From the NCBI GenBank assembly GCA_032654565.1, contig JAULAX010000015.1, forward strand, positions 1,226,124 through 1,290,123: DNA of 64,000 nucleotides. Direction: 5' to 3'. This DNA is from Anaeromyxobacteraceae bacterium. Its GTDB lineage: Bacteria > Myxococcota > Myxococcia > Myxococcales > Anaeromyxobacteraceae. The position numbers were made by a program, and so were the translations under genes. The notes under the pieces are model-generated. The model had not been told where the DNA came from. It was given only the letters and a program-made list of their open reading frames with translations, and made no database searches. Shown here in pieces: positions 34,101 to 44,927 of this stretch. The stretch's first letter is position 1. Each line of letters opens with the position of its first letter.

Positions 34101-35787
34101 CCCGCCGCCGCCCCCGGAGCTGGCCTTCGCGCCGGCCCGGCCCCGCACCGTCGACGGCCTCTCACTCCAGGTGAACCAGCGCCCCGACCCCGACGGTGAC
34201 CAGGTGGCCCACCGCTACGCCTGGACCCGCAACGGCGCCCGCTCCGAGGCCCCGCCCGACCAGGCCCAGGTCCCGCGCGGCGTGCCCAGGAAGGGCGAGC
34301 GCTGGGGCGTGACGGTGGTGGCGCTCGACGGCCAGGCCGAGAGCGCGCCGGCCCGGGCCGAGGTGGTGATCGCCGACACCGCGCCGGGGCCGGTCCAGGT
34401 GTCGCTCTGCGACGGGCCGGTGCCCGGCGGCACCCTCCCCGAGGTGAAGGTGGTGCGCCCCGCCGTGGACGCCGACGGCGACGCCGTCAGCTACCGGTAC
34501 GAGTGGACCCTGAACGGCGCGCTCCTGCCGCAGGCCCAGCAGGCCCGGCTGGGGGTGGCGCTCAAGAAGCGCGACGTGGTCCGCGTGCAGGTGACGCCCT
34601 GGGACGGCGAGCTCCCCGGCCCCTCGGTGATGGCCACCTGCGCCGGGCGCAACACGCCTCCCACCGCTCCCTCGGTGGCCCTCGAGCCGGCGGTGCCCAC
34701 GGCGCTCACCGGGCTCACCGTCAAGCTGCTGCGCCCGGCCACCGACCTCGACGGCGACGCCGTCACCTATCGCTACCGCTGGTGGCGGGACGGCCTGCCC
34801 TTCGCCCTGGAGGGGGCCACCCTGGCGCCGCGCTCGCTCCGCCGCGGCGAGGCCTGGCGCGTCGAGGTCGCCGCCTTCGACGGAGACCAGGCCGGCGAGC
34901 CGGTGCGGCTCGAGGCGGTGGTGGCCAACACCGTCCCGCCCCAGCCCCAGGTGGCCCTGAAGCCGGCCGCGCCGCTCACCGGCGCCGCGCTCACCTGCGA
35001 GGCGACGGGGCCGGAGCGCGACGCCGACCAGGAGGCCATCACCATCGGCTACCGCTGGAGCCGCAACGACAAGCTGGAGCCGCTGGCCGAGGGGCAGCCG
35101 GTGCTGGCCGCCGGCGTGATCCGGCGCGGCGAGCGCTGGCGCTGCGAGGCCTGGGCGTCGGACGGCCGCTCCGAGAGCCCCCGCGCCTCGGCCGAGGTGA
35201 CGGTGCAGAACGGTCCGCCGGGCGCGCCGCAGGTGGTGATCGAGCCGGACCCGGCCCACACCCGTGACCCGCTGGCCTGCCGCGTGGCGGTCCCCTCGTT
35301 CGATCCCGACGGTGACGAGGTGAGCTACGCCTTCGCCTGGTGGCGCAACGACAAGCCCCTGCCGGGGACCTTCCCGTCGGGGCTGCTGCCGACGCTGGCC
35401 ACCGTCAACCGTGATCGGTTCAAGTGCTCGGCGACGCCGAGCGACGGGATGGCGCGCGGTCCGGCCGGCTTCGCCGAGCGGGTGGTGAGCAATTCACCAC
35501 CCGGACCGGCGCGCGCGACGATCTTGTCGCGTCACCCACGCGCGGGACAGCCGCTCCGCTGCGAGATCACCACGAAGAGCGAGGATCCTGATGGGGATCA
35601 GGTCCGCTACCGCTATCGATGGACTCGGAACGGCACTCCGCAGCCATTTGCGGAGACTTCCGACGAGGTTCCGATCCGGATGGTCCGCGCCGGCGACCGG
35701 TGGCGGTGCCTGGTGATCCCCACCGACGGCGACCTGGACGGGCCGGAGTCGGGGAGCGATGAGGTCCTCATTGAAGGACCCCAATAG
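31147..35787 (+). CDS. Giant secreted protein: FG-GAP/VCBS beta-propeller + 12 tandem Ig/cadherin-like modules
   Basis: ADLDGD...PGFP repeats in the first ~400 aa, then 12 modules of ~93 aa, N(T/S)PP...DxDGDxxxYxYxW...DG. Confidence 0.88.
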   Translation: MLHLLLSFTLGAGALSNFPRDAGGRVTHSAVGVSFDGTPVVVVSAGDRVAAFRGDGAPVAGFPFVLPDGELLAGAPAAADLDGDRRPEIAVVTVTGKVYLWSGGGVAPGFPVSLQARARAGASFADVDGDGKLELLVGDEQGRVHAFKRSGAPARGFPIQGGRAAVTSSISSSRFAGGPSLAWGTEDGKVQVTSGAGKARPGFPLATGFAVTGAPVFADLDDDGAMDLLVGSQDFKLYAVDAQGRALPGFPVAAGYRIYEAPAVADLDGDRRLDVIFASADGLLHAVDHAGQRLKGFPVRVGPRLFGGPAVGDVDRNGALEVVVVAADGAVAVISGAGRSPGGFPASLGEIEVAASPLLHDLPGDGGLAILVGTPQGRLHGLRATRAGAVAAGAAAAPWPAPGHDPARSGRHGPNPPSYKDLVLTPEAPRLADGLRAAWRATWLDAGPGEAIPAPRLEWLRNGKPVPGLEGRAALPPGTARRGERWRFTLAAAGSAVWVESAERRILDTAPGAPRVKLEPAVPGRGAPVRAVITAPAVDPDGDAVSYRIDWLLDGLETGVTGETFPGDRLRRGLLLTARVVASDGELEAEPALAEARVANTAPGALVVALEPAPPRRADLLRAQLVRPATDVDGDRLTYRHRWTVDGKPLDLPLSAAEVPAGLLRKHRVARVEVRAFDGELEGPPVTAEVEVRNTPPGTPRLEIRPPRPRHGEALRAVLTAPAEDADADPLTYAYSWTKNGQPLPLAGDPREVPGAQVQRGDRFEVTAQAFDGEEKGARASAIVTAVNTPPEPPRVAIEPRHPRGGETLRMVVTSPARDADGDPVKLNVGWTREGKLASAGADTLAPALFRKHERVRVVVTPADGIESGVPATDEVLVENAPPGAPGVVLAPARPTAGEPLRAIVQVPADDPDGDRVSYRYRWLRDGAPVHLPGPDGGQEPGWTSVNEAPANLLARGQRWEVEVQAFDGEVHGASGRATAEVVNSPPPPPELAFAPARPRTVDGLSLQVNQRPDPDGDQVAHRYAWTRNGARSEAPPDQAQVPRGVPRKGERWGVTVVALDGQAESAPARAEVVIADTAPGPVQVSLCDGPVPGGTLPEVKVVRPAVDADGDAVSYRYEWTLNGALLPQAQQARLGVALKKRDVVRVQVTPWDGELPGPSVMATCAGRNTPPTAPSVALEPAVPTALTGLTVKLLRPATDLDGDAVTYRYRWWRDGLPFALEGATLAPRSLRRGEAWRVEVAAFDGDQAGEPVRLEAVVANTVPPQPQVALKPAAPLTGAALTCEATGPERDADQEAITIGYRWSRNDKLEPLAEGQPVLAAGVIRRGERWRCEAWASDGRSESPRASAEVTVQNGPPGAPQVVIEPDPAHTRDPLACRVAVPSFDPDGDEVSYAFAWWRNDKPLPGTFPSGLLPTLATVNRDRFKCSATPSDGMARGPAGFAERVVSNSPPGPARATILSRHPRAGQPLRCEITTKSEDPDGDQVRYRYRWTRNGTPQPFAETSDEVPIRMVRAGDRWRCLVIPTDGDLDGPESGSDEVLIEGPQ

Positions 35788-35813
35788 TCGGCAGGACCTT
35801 TCGGGGTTCTTCA

Positions 35814-35842
35814 TTGACGATTGTCCGTCGTGAACCTATTAT
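35814..35842 (+). promoter_or_regulatory. Near-consensus sigma70 promoter for the secreted protein / beta-barrel / OPX operon
   Basis: TTGACG-17 nt-TATTAT in a locally AT-rich intergenic gap. Confidence 0.75.
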
Positions 35843-35894
35843 CTACGGGTCCTTGCTGGTGTTTGGGCGGTTCGACGCTCAGGTGGGAGTCCCC

Positions 35895-36431
35895 GTGACC
35901 AGGTTCATGTGCTTGACCGCGTTCTGCGGGATGTTGTTCGTCGCCTCGGCTTCGGCCGCGCCCGGTGACGCGGCCGCGAGCGGGGACCGGACGCGGCGGG
36001 CCGCCGAGGCCGTCCACGCCATGCGCGCCTCACTCCAGCAGGTCACCCTGCGGGTCGAGGACGCGCGCAACGAGAAGGACGTGGTGAAGCTGAACTGCGT
36101 CAACGAGAAGCTGGTCCAGATCAAGGGGCTGCTCAAGGTGGCGGAGCAGTCGGAGGCCGCGCTCAAGGACGCACCCGCCGGCAACGACCCGGCCGCCAAC
36201 AACGAGCTGGCCAAGATCGGCATCGCCAGGACCAAGGTCGACGGGCTCGGCAACGACGCCCAGCAGTGCATCGGGCAGCTGGCCTACATCGTGGACGAGA
36301 AGACCACGGTCGAGGTCCACCAGCCGGTCGGCCAGCCCGACCGTGACACCTCAGGGCGGTACCGGCCCGCCCCGCCGCCGTCGGCGCCGGTGGTGCTGCG
36401 GCCGCCGGCCGCGAGCGCCTTCCTCCCGTGA
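35895..36431 (+). CDS. Secreted alpha-helical protein with a Cys pair
   Basis: GGGAG RBS + GTG 35895 (the TTG at 35814 is the -35 box); signal ending [18 protein letters not shown]...AQQCIG. Confidence 0.78.
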   Translation: MTRFMCLTAFCGMLFVASASAAPGDAAASGDRTRRAAEAVHAMRASLQQVTLRVEDARNEKDVVKLNCVNEKLVQIKGLLKVAEQSEAALKDAPAGNDPAANNELAKIGIARTKVDGLGNDAQQCIGQLAYIVDEKTTVEVHQPVGQPDRDTSGRYRPAPPPSAPVVLRPPAASAFLP

Positions 36432-36523
36432 GCAGCTCCTCGCTTCGGTCGGCTCCTGCCACTCGGCGCGGGCACGACACCGGGCAACGAACGTCGGAAA
36501 CATCCAGCAGGGGGCGGGGCGCG

Positions 36524-37795
36524 ATGAAGCGGCTACTTGGACAACTGGCGGTGTTGGTGGTGCTCGCGGCCGCGGGGCCCGCCCAGGCGGCGCTCGGCAA
36601 CGGCATCCGGGTCGGCGGCGCCGAGGGTCGGCTGCACCCGTTCTTCGAGATGGAGCTCCGCTACAACTCCAACGTCGCCACCTACTTCCAGCCGGCGCAG
36701 ACGCTGGGAGGGGACCTCATGCTCCACCTGCGCCCCGGGCTCCTGCTCGCCGTCCCCGGCGAGAACGTCGCCGTCGACCTGCGCGCCATGCTCGACTGGG
36801 CCCAGTACTTCGGCACCCAGGACACGCTCTCCAAGGACCTGTCGAGCCTGTACGCCACCGTCTCCCTCGGCGTCGGCTTCAACCGCAAGGGGCAGCTCGG
36901 GCTCGAGCTCGACGAGAAGTTCACCCGCAGCAACCAGCCCACGGTCTACTCGATCGCCGCCGGCATCATCTCCAACCGCAACGACCTCTCGCTGGCCGCG
37001 CCGTGGCGCCCGGGTGGCGGGGCCCTGACCTTGACCCTGGGCGGCGACTGGGCCGTCGAGTCGTTCGAGGCCTTCAAGTCGGCCCAGATCTGCGGCGCCA
37101 CCGTCAGCCCGTTCTGCGTCCCCGCCCACATCGCCGACCTCGGCTTCAACAACCTCGGGGTGGGTCTCGGGGTGAACTGGCGGTTCCTCCCCAAGACCTC
37201 GGCGCTCCTCGACCTCTCCTGGTTCGACCGGATCCCCAACAGCACGCGCTACTCGATCGCCGGGACCGGGATGCGGGTCCAGGCCGGGCTCTCCGGGCTG
37301 GTCACCTCCCACCTGGCGGCCACCGTGAAGGGCGGCTACGGGACCACGCTCGGCCTGACCCTCGACCCGCTGGCGGTCCCCCAGGCCGATCTCTCCGGCT
37401 TCGGGACCTGGCTGGCGCTGGTCTCGGCCGAGTGGATCCCCTCCACCCAGTCGAACCTGAAGCTGACCTGGAACCACGATCTCGGCTTCGACCCCGGCAC
37501 CACCTGGGCGCTCTACACCAGCACCCACACCTCGCTGGAGGGGAAGAGCAAGCTCAACGGCAACCTCACCGCCGCCATCTTCGTGGACTGGGCGCTGCTC
37601 TCCTACCGCGACCCGGACAGCAGCACCTCCAACGTCCTCACGGTGCGGCCGTCCCTGCAGGCCGAGATGGCGCGCTGGCTGATGCTGGAGGTGGCCTACC
37701 AGTACACCGACCGCACCACCGACGCCGTGGTCGCGCCGACCGGGTGGAAGTACTCCAGGCACGAGGCCTGGCTGCGGGCCGTGGTCACGTACTAG
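36524..37795 (+). CDS. Outer-membrane beta-barrel, Wzp/EpsX-like polysaccharide-export porin
   Basis: ATG 36524; signal ...AQA; alternating amphipathic strands; [16 protein letters not shown]-terminal aromatic residue (AVVTY); lies immediately upstream of a short OPX gene. Confidence 0.75.
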   Translation: MKRLLGQLAVLVVLAAAGPAQAALGNGIRVGGAEGRLHPFFEMELRYNSNVATYFQPAQTLGGDLMLHLRPGLLLAVPGENVAVDLRAMLDWAQYFGTQDTLSKDLSSLYATVSLGVGFNRKGQLGLELDEKFTRSNQPTVYSIAAGIISNRNDLSLAAPWRPGGGALTLTLGGDWAVESFEAFKSAQICGATVSPFCVPAHIADLGFNNLGVGLGVNWRFLPKTSALLDLSWFDRIPNSTRYSIAGTGMRVQAGLSGLVTSHLAATVKGGYGTTLGLTLDPLAVPQADLSGFGTWLALVSAEWIPSTQSNLKLTWNHDLGFDPGTTWALYTSTHTSLEGKSKLNGNLTAAIFVDWALLSYRDPDSSTSNVLTVRPSLQAEMARWLMLEVAYQYTDRTTDAVVAPTGWKYSRHEAWLRAVVTY

Positions 37796-37818
37796 GATCC
37801 GCGGTAGGAATCACCTCC

Positions 37819-38418
37819 ATGTCACCGCTTCGAATCCTCGCCACCGCGCTGGCGCTGGCCACGGCCTCCGGCTGCGCCATGGGCGGGCGGACCCCCGCGG
37901 CCGAGCAGCCCGCCACCGCCGGGCTGGCGGCGTCCACGCTGGGACCCCAGGACATCTTCGAGGTGCGGGTCTACCAGGAGCCCGAGCTCTCCGGCCTCTA
38001 CCAGGTCGGCCCGCAGGGCGACATCATGTTCCCGCTCTGCAAGCAGGTGGTGGTGCGGGGACTCACCGCCAACGGCACGGCGGAGAAGCTGCGTGACTGC
38101 CTCTCCCGGGGCTTCCTGCGCAACCCGCAGGTCTCGGTGCTGGTGAAGGAGTTCAACTCGCGCAAGGTCTTCGTCTTCGGCGAGGTGCAGAAGCCCGGCA
38201 CCTTCGCCTTCGAGGACGGGATGTCGGTGGTGCAGGCGCTGACCCTGGCCGGCGGCTTCACCAAGCAGGCGGCCCCCAACTCCACCTCGGTGACCCGGCT
38301 GGTCAACGGCCAGGAGGTGAAGACCAAGGTCAACGTCCAGGACATCGCCCTCGGCAAGTCGGCCAACTTCAAGCTCGAGCCGGGCGACATCGTCTTCGTG
38401 CCGGAGTCGATGTTCTAG
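37819..38418 (+). CDS. wza: Short OPX/Wza polysaccharide export protein (Poly_export + one SLBB, no C-terminal membrane helix)
   Basis: [58 protein letters not shown]; 199 aa. Confidence 0.9.
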   Translation: MSPLRILATALALATASGCAMGGRTPAAEQPATAGLAASTLGPQDIFEVRVYQEPELSGLYQVGPQGDIMFPLCKQVVVRGLTANGTAEKLRDCLSRGFLRNPQVSVLVKEFNSRKVFVFGEVQKPGTFAFEDGMSVVQALTLAGGFTKQAAPNSTSVTRLVNGQEVKTKVNVQDIALGKSANFKLEPGDIVFVPESMF

Positions 38419-38503
38419 GTCGGCAGGTCCGCGCCGCGTCCGGGCCGGCCGTCCCCCGGCCCCCGCCGCCGCCCCGCTCCCCTCGTTTCAGGCCGCTTCC
38501 GGG

Positions 38504-38519
38504 TGGCACGCCCGCTGCT
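38504..38519 (+). promoter_or_regulatory. Sigma54 (-24/-12) promoter candidate for comM-recA
   Basis: TGGCACG-CCCG-CTGCT with exact GG-N10-GC spacing, 12 nt before the ATG. Confidence 0.6.
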
Positions 38520-38531
38520 CTGCGGTGGGGC

Positions 38532-40040
38532 ATGCTGGCGTGCGTCCGCTCCGCGGTGGTCCTGGGCATCGAGGCCCTGCCGGTCGACGTCGAGGTCGAG
38601 ACCTCGCAGGGCATGCCGAACACCTTCCTGGTCGGCCTGGCCGGCGTCGCGGTGGCCGAGGCCAGGGTCCGGGTGCTGGCGGCGGTCCGCAACTGCGGCG
38701 TCGAGCTCCCCTCGAAGCGGGTGGTGATCAACCTGGCCCCGGCCGACCTGCGCAAGGACGGCGGCGGGCTCGACCTCCCCATCGCCGTGGCCCTGCTGGC
38801 CGCCAGCAAGGAGCTGCCGCCGGAAGGGCTCGAGGGCATCCACTTCATCGGCGAGCTCTCCCTCTCCGGCGAGGTGCGGCCGGCGCGCGGCGTGCTGCCG
38901 GTGGCCATGGCGGCGCGGCGGGCCGGGGCCCGGGCGCTGGTGGTCCCGGAGGCCAACGCCCACGAGGCGGCGGTGGTGGAGGGGCTCACCGTCCACGCCG
39001 TGCGCCACCTCTCCCAGGTGGTGGCCTGGGCGCGCCGCCAGGCACCGCTGCCGCCGCTGCCGGAGGCGCCGCCCTTGCTGGCCCCCGCGCCGCCGCTCGA
39101 CCTCTCCGACGTGGCCGGGCAGGAGGTGGCCAAGCGGGCGCTGGAGATCGCCGCCGCCGGCGGGCACAACCTGCTCTTCTTCGGCCCGCCCGGCAGCGGC
39201 AAGACCATGCTGGCCCGCCGCCTCCCTGGCCTGCTGCCGCCGCTCGACTTCGACGAGGCCCTCGAGGCCACCGTGGTCCACAGCGTGGCCGGGCTGACCC
39301 GCCACCGCGGCCTGCTCACCGAGCGCCCCTTCCGCGCCCCGCACCACTCGGTCTCCGACGCCGGCCTGGTGGGGGGCTCGGCCCCCCCGCGCCCCGGCGA
39401 GGTCTCGCTGGCCCACCACGGGGTGCTCTTCCTCGACGAGCTGCCGGAGTTCCGGCGCCACGTCCTCGAGTCGCTGCGCCAGCCGGCCGAGGACGGCGAG
39501 GTGACGCTGGCGCGGGCGGCCCGCAGCATCACCTACCCGGCCCACTTCGCCCTGGTGGCGGCCATGAACCCCTGCCCCTGCGGCCACCACGGCGACCTGA
39601 CCCGCCGCTGCCGCTGCACCACCAACGAGCTGCTGCGCTACCGGCGCCGCCTCAGCGGGCCGCTGCTCGACCGCATCGACCTGCACATCGACGTGCCGGC
39701 GGTGCCGCCGGCCTCGCTGGGCGCGGCCGGCAGCGGCACGGGCAGCGCCGAGGTGCGGGAGCGGGTGGCGCGGGTGCGGGCGCTGGCGGCGGCGCGCGGC
39801 GGGGCCCGGGTCAACGCCCGGCTGCGCGGGGCCAGCTTCCGCCGCCTCTGCCTGCCCGACGCCGCCGGCCGGCGGCTGCTGCTGGCCTGCATGGAGCGGC
39901 TCGGGCTCTCGGTCCGGGCCCACGACAAGGTGCTGCGGGTGGCCCGCACCATCGCCGACCTGGCCGGCGACGAGGCGGTGGGCGCGCCCCACGTCGCCGA
40001 GGCCGTGCAGTACCGCGGGCTGGACCGCCCCATCGCCTGA
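38532..40040 (+). CDS. comM: YifB/ComM Mg-chelatase-like AAA+ ATPase
   Basis: [57 protein letters not shown]. Confidence 0.95.
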   Translation: MLACVRSAVVLGIEALPVDVEVETSQGMPNTFLVGLAGVAVAEARVRVLAAVRNCGVELPSKRVVINLAPADLRKDGGGLDLPIAVALLAASKELPPEGLEGIHFIGELSLSGEVRPARGVLPVAMAARRAGARALVVPEANAHEAAVVEGLTVHAVRHLSQVVAWARRQAPLPPLPEAPPLLAPAPPLDLSDVAGQEVAKRALEIAAAGGHNLLFFGPPGSGKTMLARRLPGLLPPLDFDEALEATVVHSVAGLTRHRGLLTERPFRAPHHSVSDAGLVGGSAPPRPGEVSLAHHGVLFLDELPEFRRHVLESLRQPAEDGEVTLARAARSITYPAHFALVAAMNPCPCGHHGDLTRRCRCTTNELLRYRRRLSGPLLDRIDLHIDVPAVPPASLGAAGSGTGSAEVRERVARVRALAAARGGARVNARLRGASFRRLCLPDAAGRRLLLACMERLGLSVRAHDKVLRVARTIADLAGDEAVGAPHVAEAVQYRGLDRPIA

Positions 40041-40101
40041 CCCACCGGCCGGGACCCGGCCCACCACCCCGCCGACGCGGCGGAGAAACGAGCAGCGGCA
40101 G

Positions 40102-41139
<1,038 letters not shown>

Positions 41140-41220
41140 AGCCCCGCGACCGGCCGGACGGGCCGGTGAGGGGCACGGCGCCACTGGCCTGGCCTGCGCC
41201 GAGGCCGGGATCGGGCCAAA

Positions 41221-42453
41221 TCAGCCGAGCGCGCGGCGGAGCAGGTCGAGGGCCTCGAAGGCGGCGGCGCGGCGGACCCGCTCCCGGTCGCCGCGGTAGA
41301 GGCGGGCCACCGCCGTGGTGCCGGCCGGACCGGCCAGCGCCAGGTGGACCGTCCCCACCGGCTTCTCCGCCGTCCCACCGTCGGGGCCGGCGATGCCGGT
41401 GACGCCGAGGCCCCAGGTGGCCGCGCCGGCGCGGCGGGCCCCCTCGGCCATGGCCCGGGCCACCGGCCCGGAGACGGCGCCGGTGGCGAGGAGGAGCGCC
41501 TCGGGGACGCCGAGGACGCCCTGCTTCACCGAGTTGGCGTAGGCCACCACGCCCAGGTCGAGCACCGCCGAGGCCCCGGGCACGGCGGTGACCAGCGAGG
41601 CGAGCAGGCCGCCGGTGCAGCTCTCGGCCAGCGCCACCTTCTCGCCGCGCGCCGCCAGCCGCGCCACCACCAGGGCGGCCAGCTCCTCCTTGCCGCTCCC
41701 CCAGACCGCCTCGCCGAAGAGGGCGCGCGCCGCGGCCTCGATGGCGGCGGCGCGCGGCTCGGCGCCGGGCGGGGGGACCGTCCACTTCAGGTGGACCTCG
41801 GGGAAGTGGGCCCGGTAGCCGAAGCGGACCCCGGCGTTGGCCGGGTCGTCCATCACCGGCCGCATGGCCTGGTCGGCGGCCGACTCCCCCAGGCCGATGA
41901 GCTTGAGCACCCGGGCGGCCGGGGGCTGGCCGAGCCGGGCCGCCACCCAGGGCAGCACCACCTCGCCGCAGAGCCCGCGGTATTCGGCGGGGACGCCGGG
42001 CAGGCAGGTGAGGGCGGCCCGTCCGAGCTGGACTGTGAAGCCCGGGGCGGTGCCCCAGCGGTTGGGGTGGACGGCGGCGCCGCGGGGGAAGCTGGCCTGC
42101 TTCAGGTTGTTGGGCGTCATCACCCGCCCCATGCGCTGGAAGCGCTCGGCGATGGCGGCCTGCGACGGGGCGTGGGGCTCGAGCGGCACGCCCAGCACCC
42201 GGGCCACGCACTCGGCGGTCAGGTCGTCCTCGGTGGGGCCGAGCCCGCCGCTCATCACCACCAGGTCGGCGCGGCCGGTGGTCTCGCGCAGCGCCGCCTC
42301 CAGCACCGCCCGGTCGTCGCCCACCAGCGTCTTGCGCGTCGCCATCACCCCGGCGTCCCAGAGCCGGTCCATCAGCCACGGCGAGTTGGTGTCGACCACC
42401 TGGCCGGTGAGCAGCTCGTCGCCGGTGGCGAGGAGCTCGACGGTGAGGCTCAC
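41221..42453 (-). CDS. cinA: CinA (MCF + PncC NMN deamidase)
   Basis: [50 protein letters not shown] at 42453. Confidence 0.95.
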   Translation of the reverse strand: MSLTVELLATGDELLTGQVVDTNSPWLMDRLWDAGVMATRKTLVGDDRAVLEAALRETTGRADLVVMSGGLGPTEDDLTAECVARVLGVPLEPHAPSQAAIAERFQRMGRVMTPNNLKQASFPRGAAVHPNRWGTAPGFTVQLGRAALTCLPGVPAEYRGLCGEVVLPWVAARLGQPPAARVLKLIGLGESAADQAMRPVMDDPANAGVRFGYRAHFPEVHLKWTVPPPGAEPRAAAIEAAARALFGEAVWGSGKEELAALVVARLAARGEKVALAESCTGGLLASLVTAVPGASAVLDLGVVAYANSVKQGVLGVPEALLLATGAVSGPVARAMAEGARRAGAATWGLGVTGIAGPDGGTAEKPVGTVHLALAGPAGTTAVARLYRGDRERVRRAAAFEALDLLRRALG

Positions 42454-42917
42454 GAGAAGACCCCGGGGAAGGCGAGGAGCAGCAGGCGCACCACCACCCA
42501 GGCCTGGAGGCCGGCGGCCACGTCGTCGAGCACCACGCCGGCCCCGGTCTTCCAGCGGTCGAGCGCCGAGGCCGGCCAGGGCTTGAGGATGTCGAAGAGG
42601 CGGAAGAGCAGGAAGGCGGCCAGCGCGGTGGGCCAGGTGAAGGGGAGGAAGGCGACGGCCACCAGGTAGCCGAGCACCTCGTCGATGACGATGCCGGGGG
42701 CGTCGACCACCCCCCACCAGGCGCCGGCGCGGGTGGCGGCGTGGACGGCCAGCGCCAGGAAGGCGAGCAGGAAGGCGGCCGCGGCCAGCGGCTCGAGGCG
42801 GGAGACCGCCCAGGCCAGCGGGACGGCGCCGAGGGTGCCGACGGTGCCGGGGGCGACCGGGGCGAAGCCGCAGGGGCCCCAGGCGGCCAGCAGGGTCCAG
42901 CCGTCGGGCCGGCGCAC
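42450..42917 (-). CDS. pgpA: Phosphatidylglycerophosphatase A
   Basis: APGTVGT, IVIDEVLG, LFRLFDILKPWP, GVVLDDVAAG; GTG at 42917. Confidence 0.93.
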   Translation of the reverse strand: MRRPDGWTLLAAWGPCGFAPVAPGTVGTLGAVPLAWAVSRLEPLAAAAFLLAFLALAVHAATRAGAWWGVVDAPGIVIDEVLGYLVAVAFLPFTWPTALAAFLLFRLFDILKPWPASALDRWKTGAGVVLDDVAAGLQAWVVVRLLLLAFPGVFS

Positions 42918-43774
42918 TAGATGTACTCGTCCCCTTCGTCCTTGTCGGCCTTCTCGTCGTCCTCGTCGTCGAGCTCCAGGGCCTCGTCGGCCTCCAGCTC
43001 GGCGCGGAGGGCGGGCGGCAGCTCGGCCGGGGCCGGCGGGTGGTGACGGACGAAGAGGGTCTCGGCCAGCCCGATGGCGATGTAGGCCAGCATGTAGACC
43101 ACCAGCACGAAGGACGGGCGGGTCTTGATGGCGATGGCCAGGCCGGCCAGCACCAGGAACCCGAGGACGGCGAAGCTGCGGACCGAGAGGTGGGCGTCCT
43201 TGAAGGTCCGGTAGCGGATGGGCGAGACCATCAGGAAGGAGAGCAGCGTCACCACCACCGCCACCGGGACCTGGATGGTGGGGCCGACGTTCTGCTGGAA
43301 CTCGGCGTAGTGGGCGATGACCAGGGCCACCACGGTGCCGGCGGCCAGCGGGATGGGGAGGCCGACGAAGAAGCGGGAGGAGCCCTTGTCGCCGCGCATG
43401 GCCAGCACGTTGAAGCGCGCCAGCCGGAGGGCGCCGCAGGCGGCGAAGGAGAAGGAGAGGAACAGCCCCAGCGCCCCCATGGGGGCCAGCGCCCACTTGT
43501 AGACCAGCAGGGCCGGCGCGGCTCCGAAGCTCATGACGTCGGCCAGGCTGTCGAGCTGCATGCCGAAGTCGCTCTGGGTCTTGGTCATCCGCGCCACGCG
43601 CCCGTCGAAGGCGTCGAAGAACATGGCGAAGAAGATGGCCAGGGCCGCCTGGTAGAGCTGCACCGGCGAGGCCTCGCCCGAGCAGAGGACGAGCGCGTAG
43701 AACCCGAGGAAGATCGAGCTGACCGTGAAGAGGTTGGGAAGGACGAACATCGCCTTCCGCAGGTTGATCTGCAT
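42917..43774 (-). CDS. pssA: CDP-diacylglycerol--serine O-phosphatidyltransferase
   Basis: LPNLFT, DAFDGRVAR...FGMQLDSLAD, LRLARFN, FVGLPIP. Confidence 0.93.
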   Translation of the reverse strand: MQINLRKAMFVLPNLFTVSSIFLGFYALVLCSGEASPVQLYQAALAIFFAMFFDAFDGRVARMTKTQSDFGMQLDSLADVMSFGAAPALLVYKWALAPMGALGLFLSFSFAACGALRLARFNVLAMRGDKGSSRFFVGLPIPLAAGTVVALVIAHYAEFQQNVGPTIQVPVAVVVTLLSFLMVSPIRYRTFKDAHLSVRSFAVLGFLVLAGLAIAIKTRPSFVLVVYMLAYIAIGLAETLFVRHHPPAPAELPPALRAELEADEALELDDEDDEKADKDEGDEYI

Positions 43775-43880
43775 CGTGTCCCTGGCTCCTGGTGGCGGCG
43801 CGCCCGGCCCCTCCGGGGGCCGAAACGCCTCTCATACCTGTCACGCCGGGGCCCGGAAGTCGAGCAGGGATCTCCCCCCT

Positions 43881-44927
43881 TCAGGGGGACTTCGGCTCCG
43901 CGGCGCAGGGCTGGCGGGCCCCGTGGGCGTCGAGCAGCTCGACGCTGGCGCCCGAGCCGCAGTCGACCCAGAGGACCGGGTCGGTGAAGTGGCGGGCCTG
44001 CCAGGCGCGCACCCGGGCCCCCTGCATGGCCACCAGCCCGGGGCCACGGCCGGTGACCAGCGTGGCCCGCAGCTCGGCCCGGGTCCGGTCGGTGAAGATG
44101 AAGCCGCCGACCCGGCCCCCGCCGGCGTCCACCCCTTCGAGGAGCAGCTCGGCCCGGGCCGCCTCGATGGCGGCGCCGCCGCAGCCGGCCAGCACGCTGG
44201 CGGTGAGGGCCAGCGAGGCGCGCTGGACCAGCAGGCAGTCGCCGCCGATCCCGCCCGACTCGCGCGCCCCGGCGATGGCCAGGTCGCGAGCCACCACCCG
44301 GCCGCCGGAGATGGCGAGGCCGGAGGGGCCCCCGTCGCGCAGCGCCAGCTCGGCCAGCCGGGCCGTCCCGCTGGCGATGGTGACCGCGGCCTCGGCGGAG
44401 GGGCCGGTCACCGCGGCGCGGGAGAGGTCGAGCTCGCCGCCGATGAGCGCCACGCCGGCCAGCCGCCCCCGGGCGGTCACGCCGGTGAGCGTCGCCGCGC
44501 CGCTGCGCTGCAGCAGCCCGTAGTCACCTTCCAGCCAGAGGTCGCGGCCGGTGACCCGGGCCCCGTCGACGAAGAGACCGGTCGATCCCCCCACCAGCGC
44601 CACGCCGTCCAGGGTCACGGCGCCGGCCAGCGCCTTCAGGGCGCTCCGGGTCGGGCCGGCCACCAGCGTCAGGCCGAGCAGGGTGGCGTCGCCGTCGGTG
44701 ACGGCGCCGTCCTCGCCGGGAGGCGCCAGGACGAAGGTGACGCCGGGGCCGGCCCCCACCACGGTGAGGCCGGAGAGCCGCCCCAGCGCCTCGCGGTGCT
44801 CCCCCGGCCCGAGGCGGAGCGTGTCGCCGGGCGCGGCGCCGGCCAGGGCCCGGGCGAGCGGCGCGCCGGCCGGGACCAGCCACTCGGCGCCGGCCAGCAG
44901 CGCCAGCAGCGCGGCGGTGGCGATCAC
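43881..44927 (-). CDS. Secreted parallel beta-helix-like hypothetical protein
   Basis: GTG 44927 overlapping the M23 gene stop; signal-like N-terminus; LARALAGAAPGDTLRLGPGEH cap motif; G/A-rich repeats. Confidence 0.65.
   Translation of the reverse strand: MIATAALLALLAGAEWLVPAGAPLARALAGAAPGDTLRLGPGEHREALGRLSGLTVVGAGPGVTFVLAPPGEDGAVTDGDATLLGLTLVAGPTRSALKALAGAVTLDGVALVGGSTGLFVDGARVTGRDLWLEGDYGLLQRSGAATLTGVTARGRLAGVALIGGELDLSRAAVTGPSAEAAVTIASGTARLAELALRDGGPSGLAISGGRVVARDLAIAGARESGGIGGDCLLVQRASLALTASVLAGCGGAAIEAARAELLLEGVDAGGGRVGGFIFTDRTRAELRATLVTGRGPGLVAMQGARVRAWQARHFTDPVLWVDCGSGASVELLDAHGARQPCAAEPKSP

Noticed and set aside
37800..37810. ops/JUMPStart-like GCGGTAG before wza
   Set aside because: Incomplete match that overlaps the likely RBS region; no supporting JUMPStart context.
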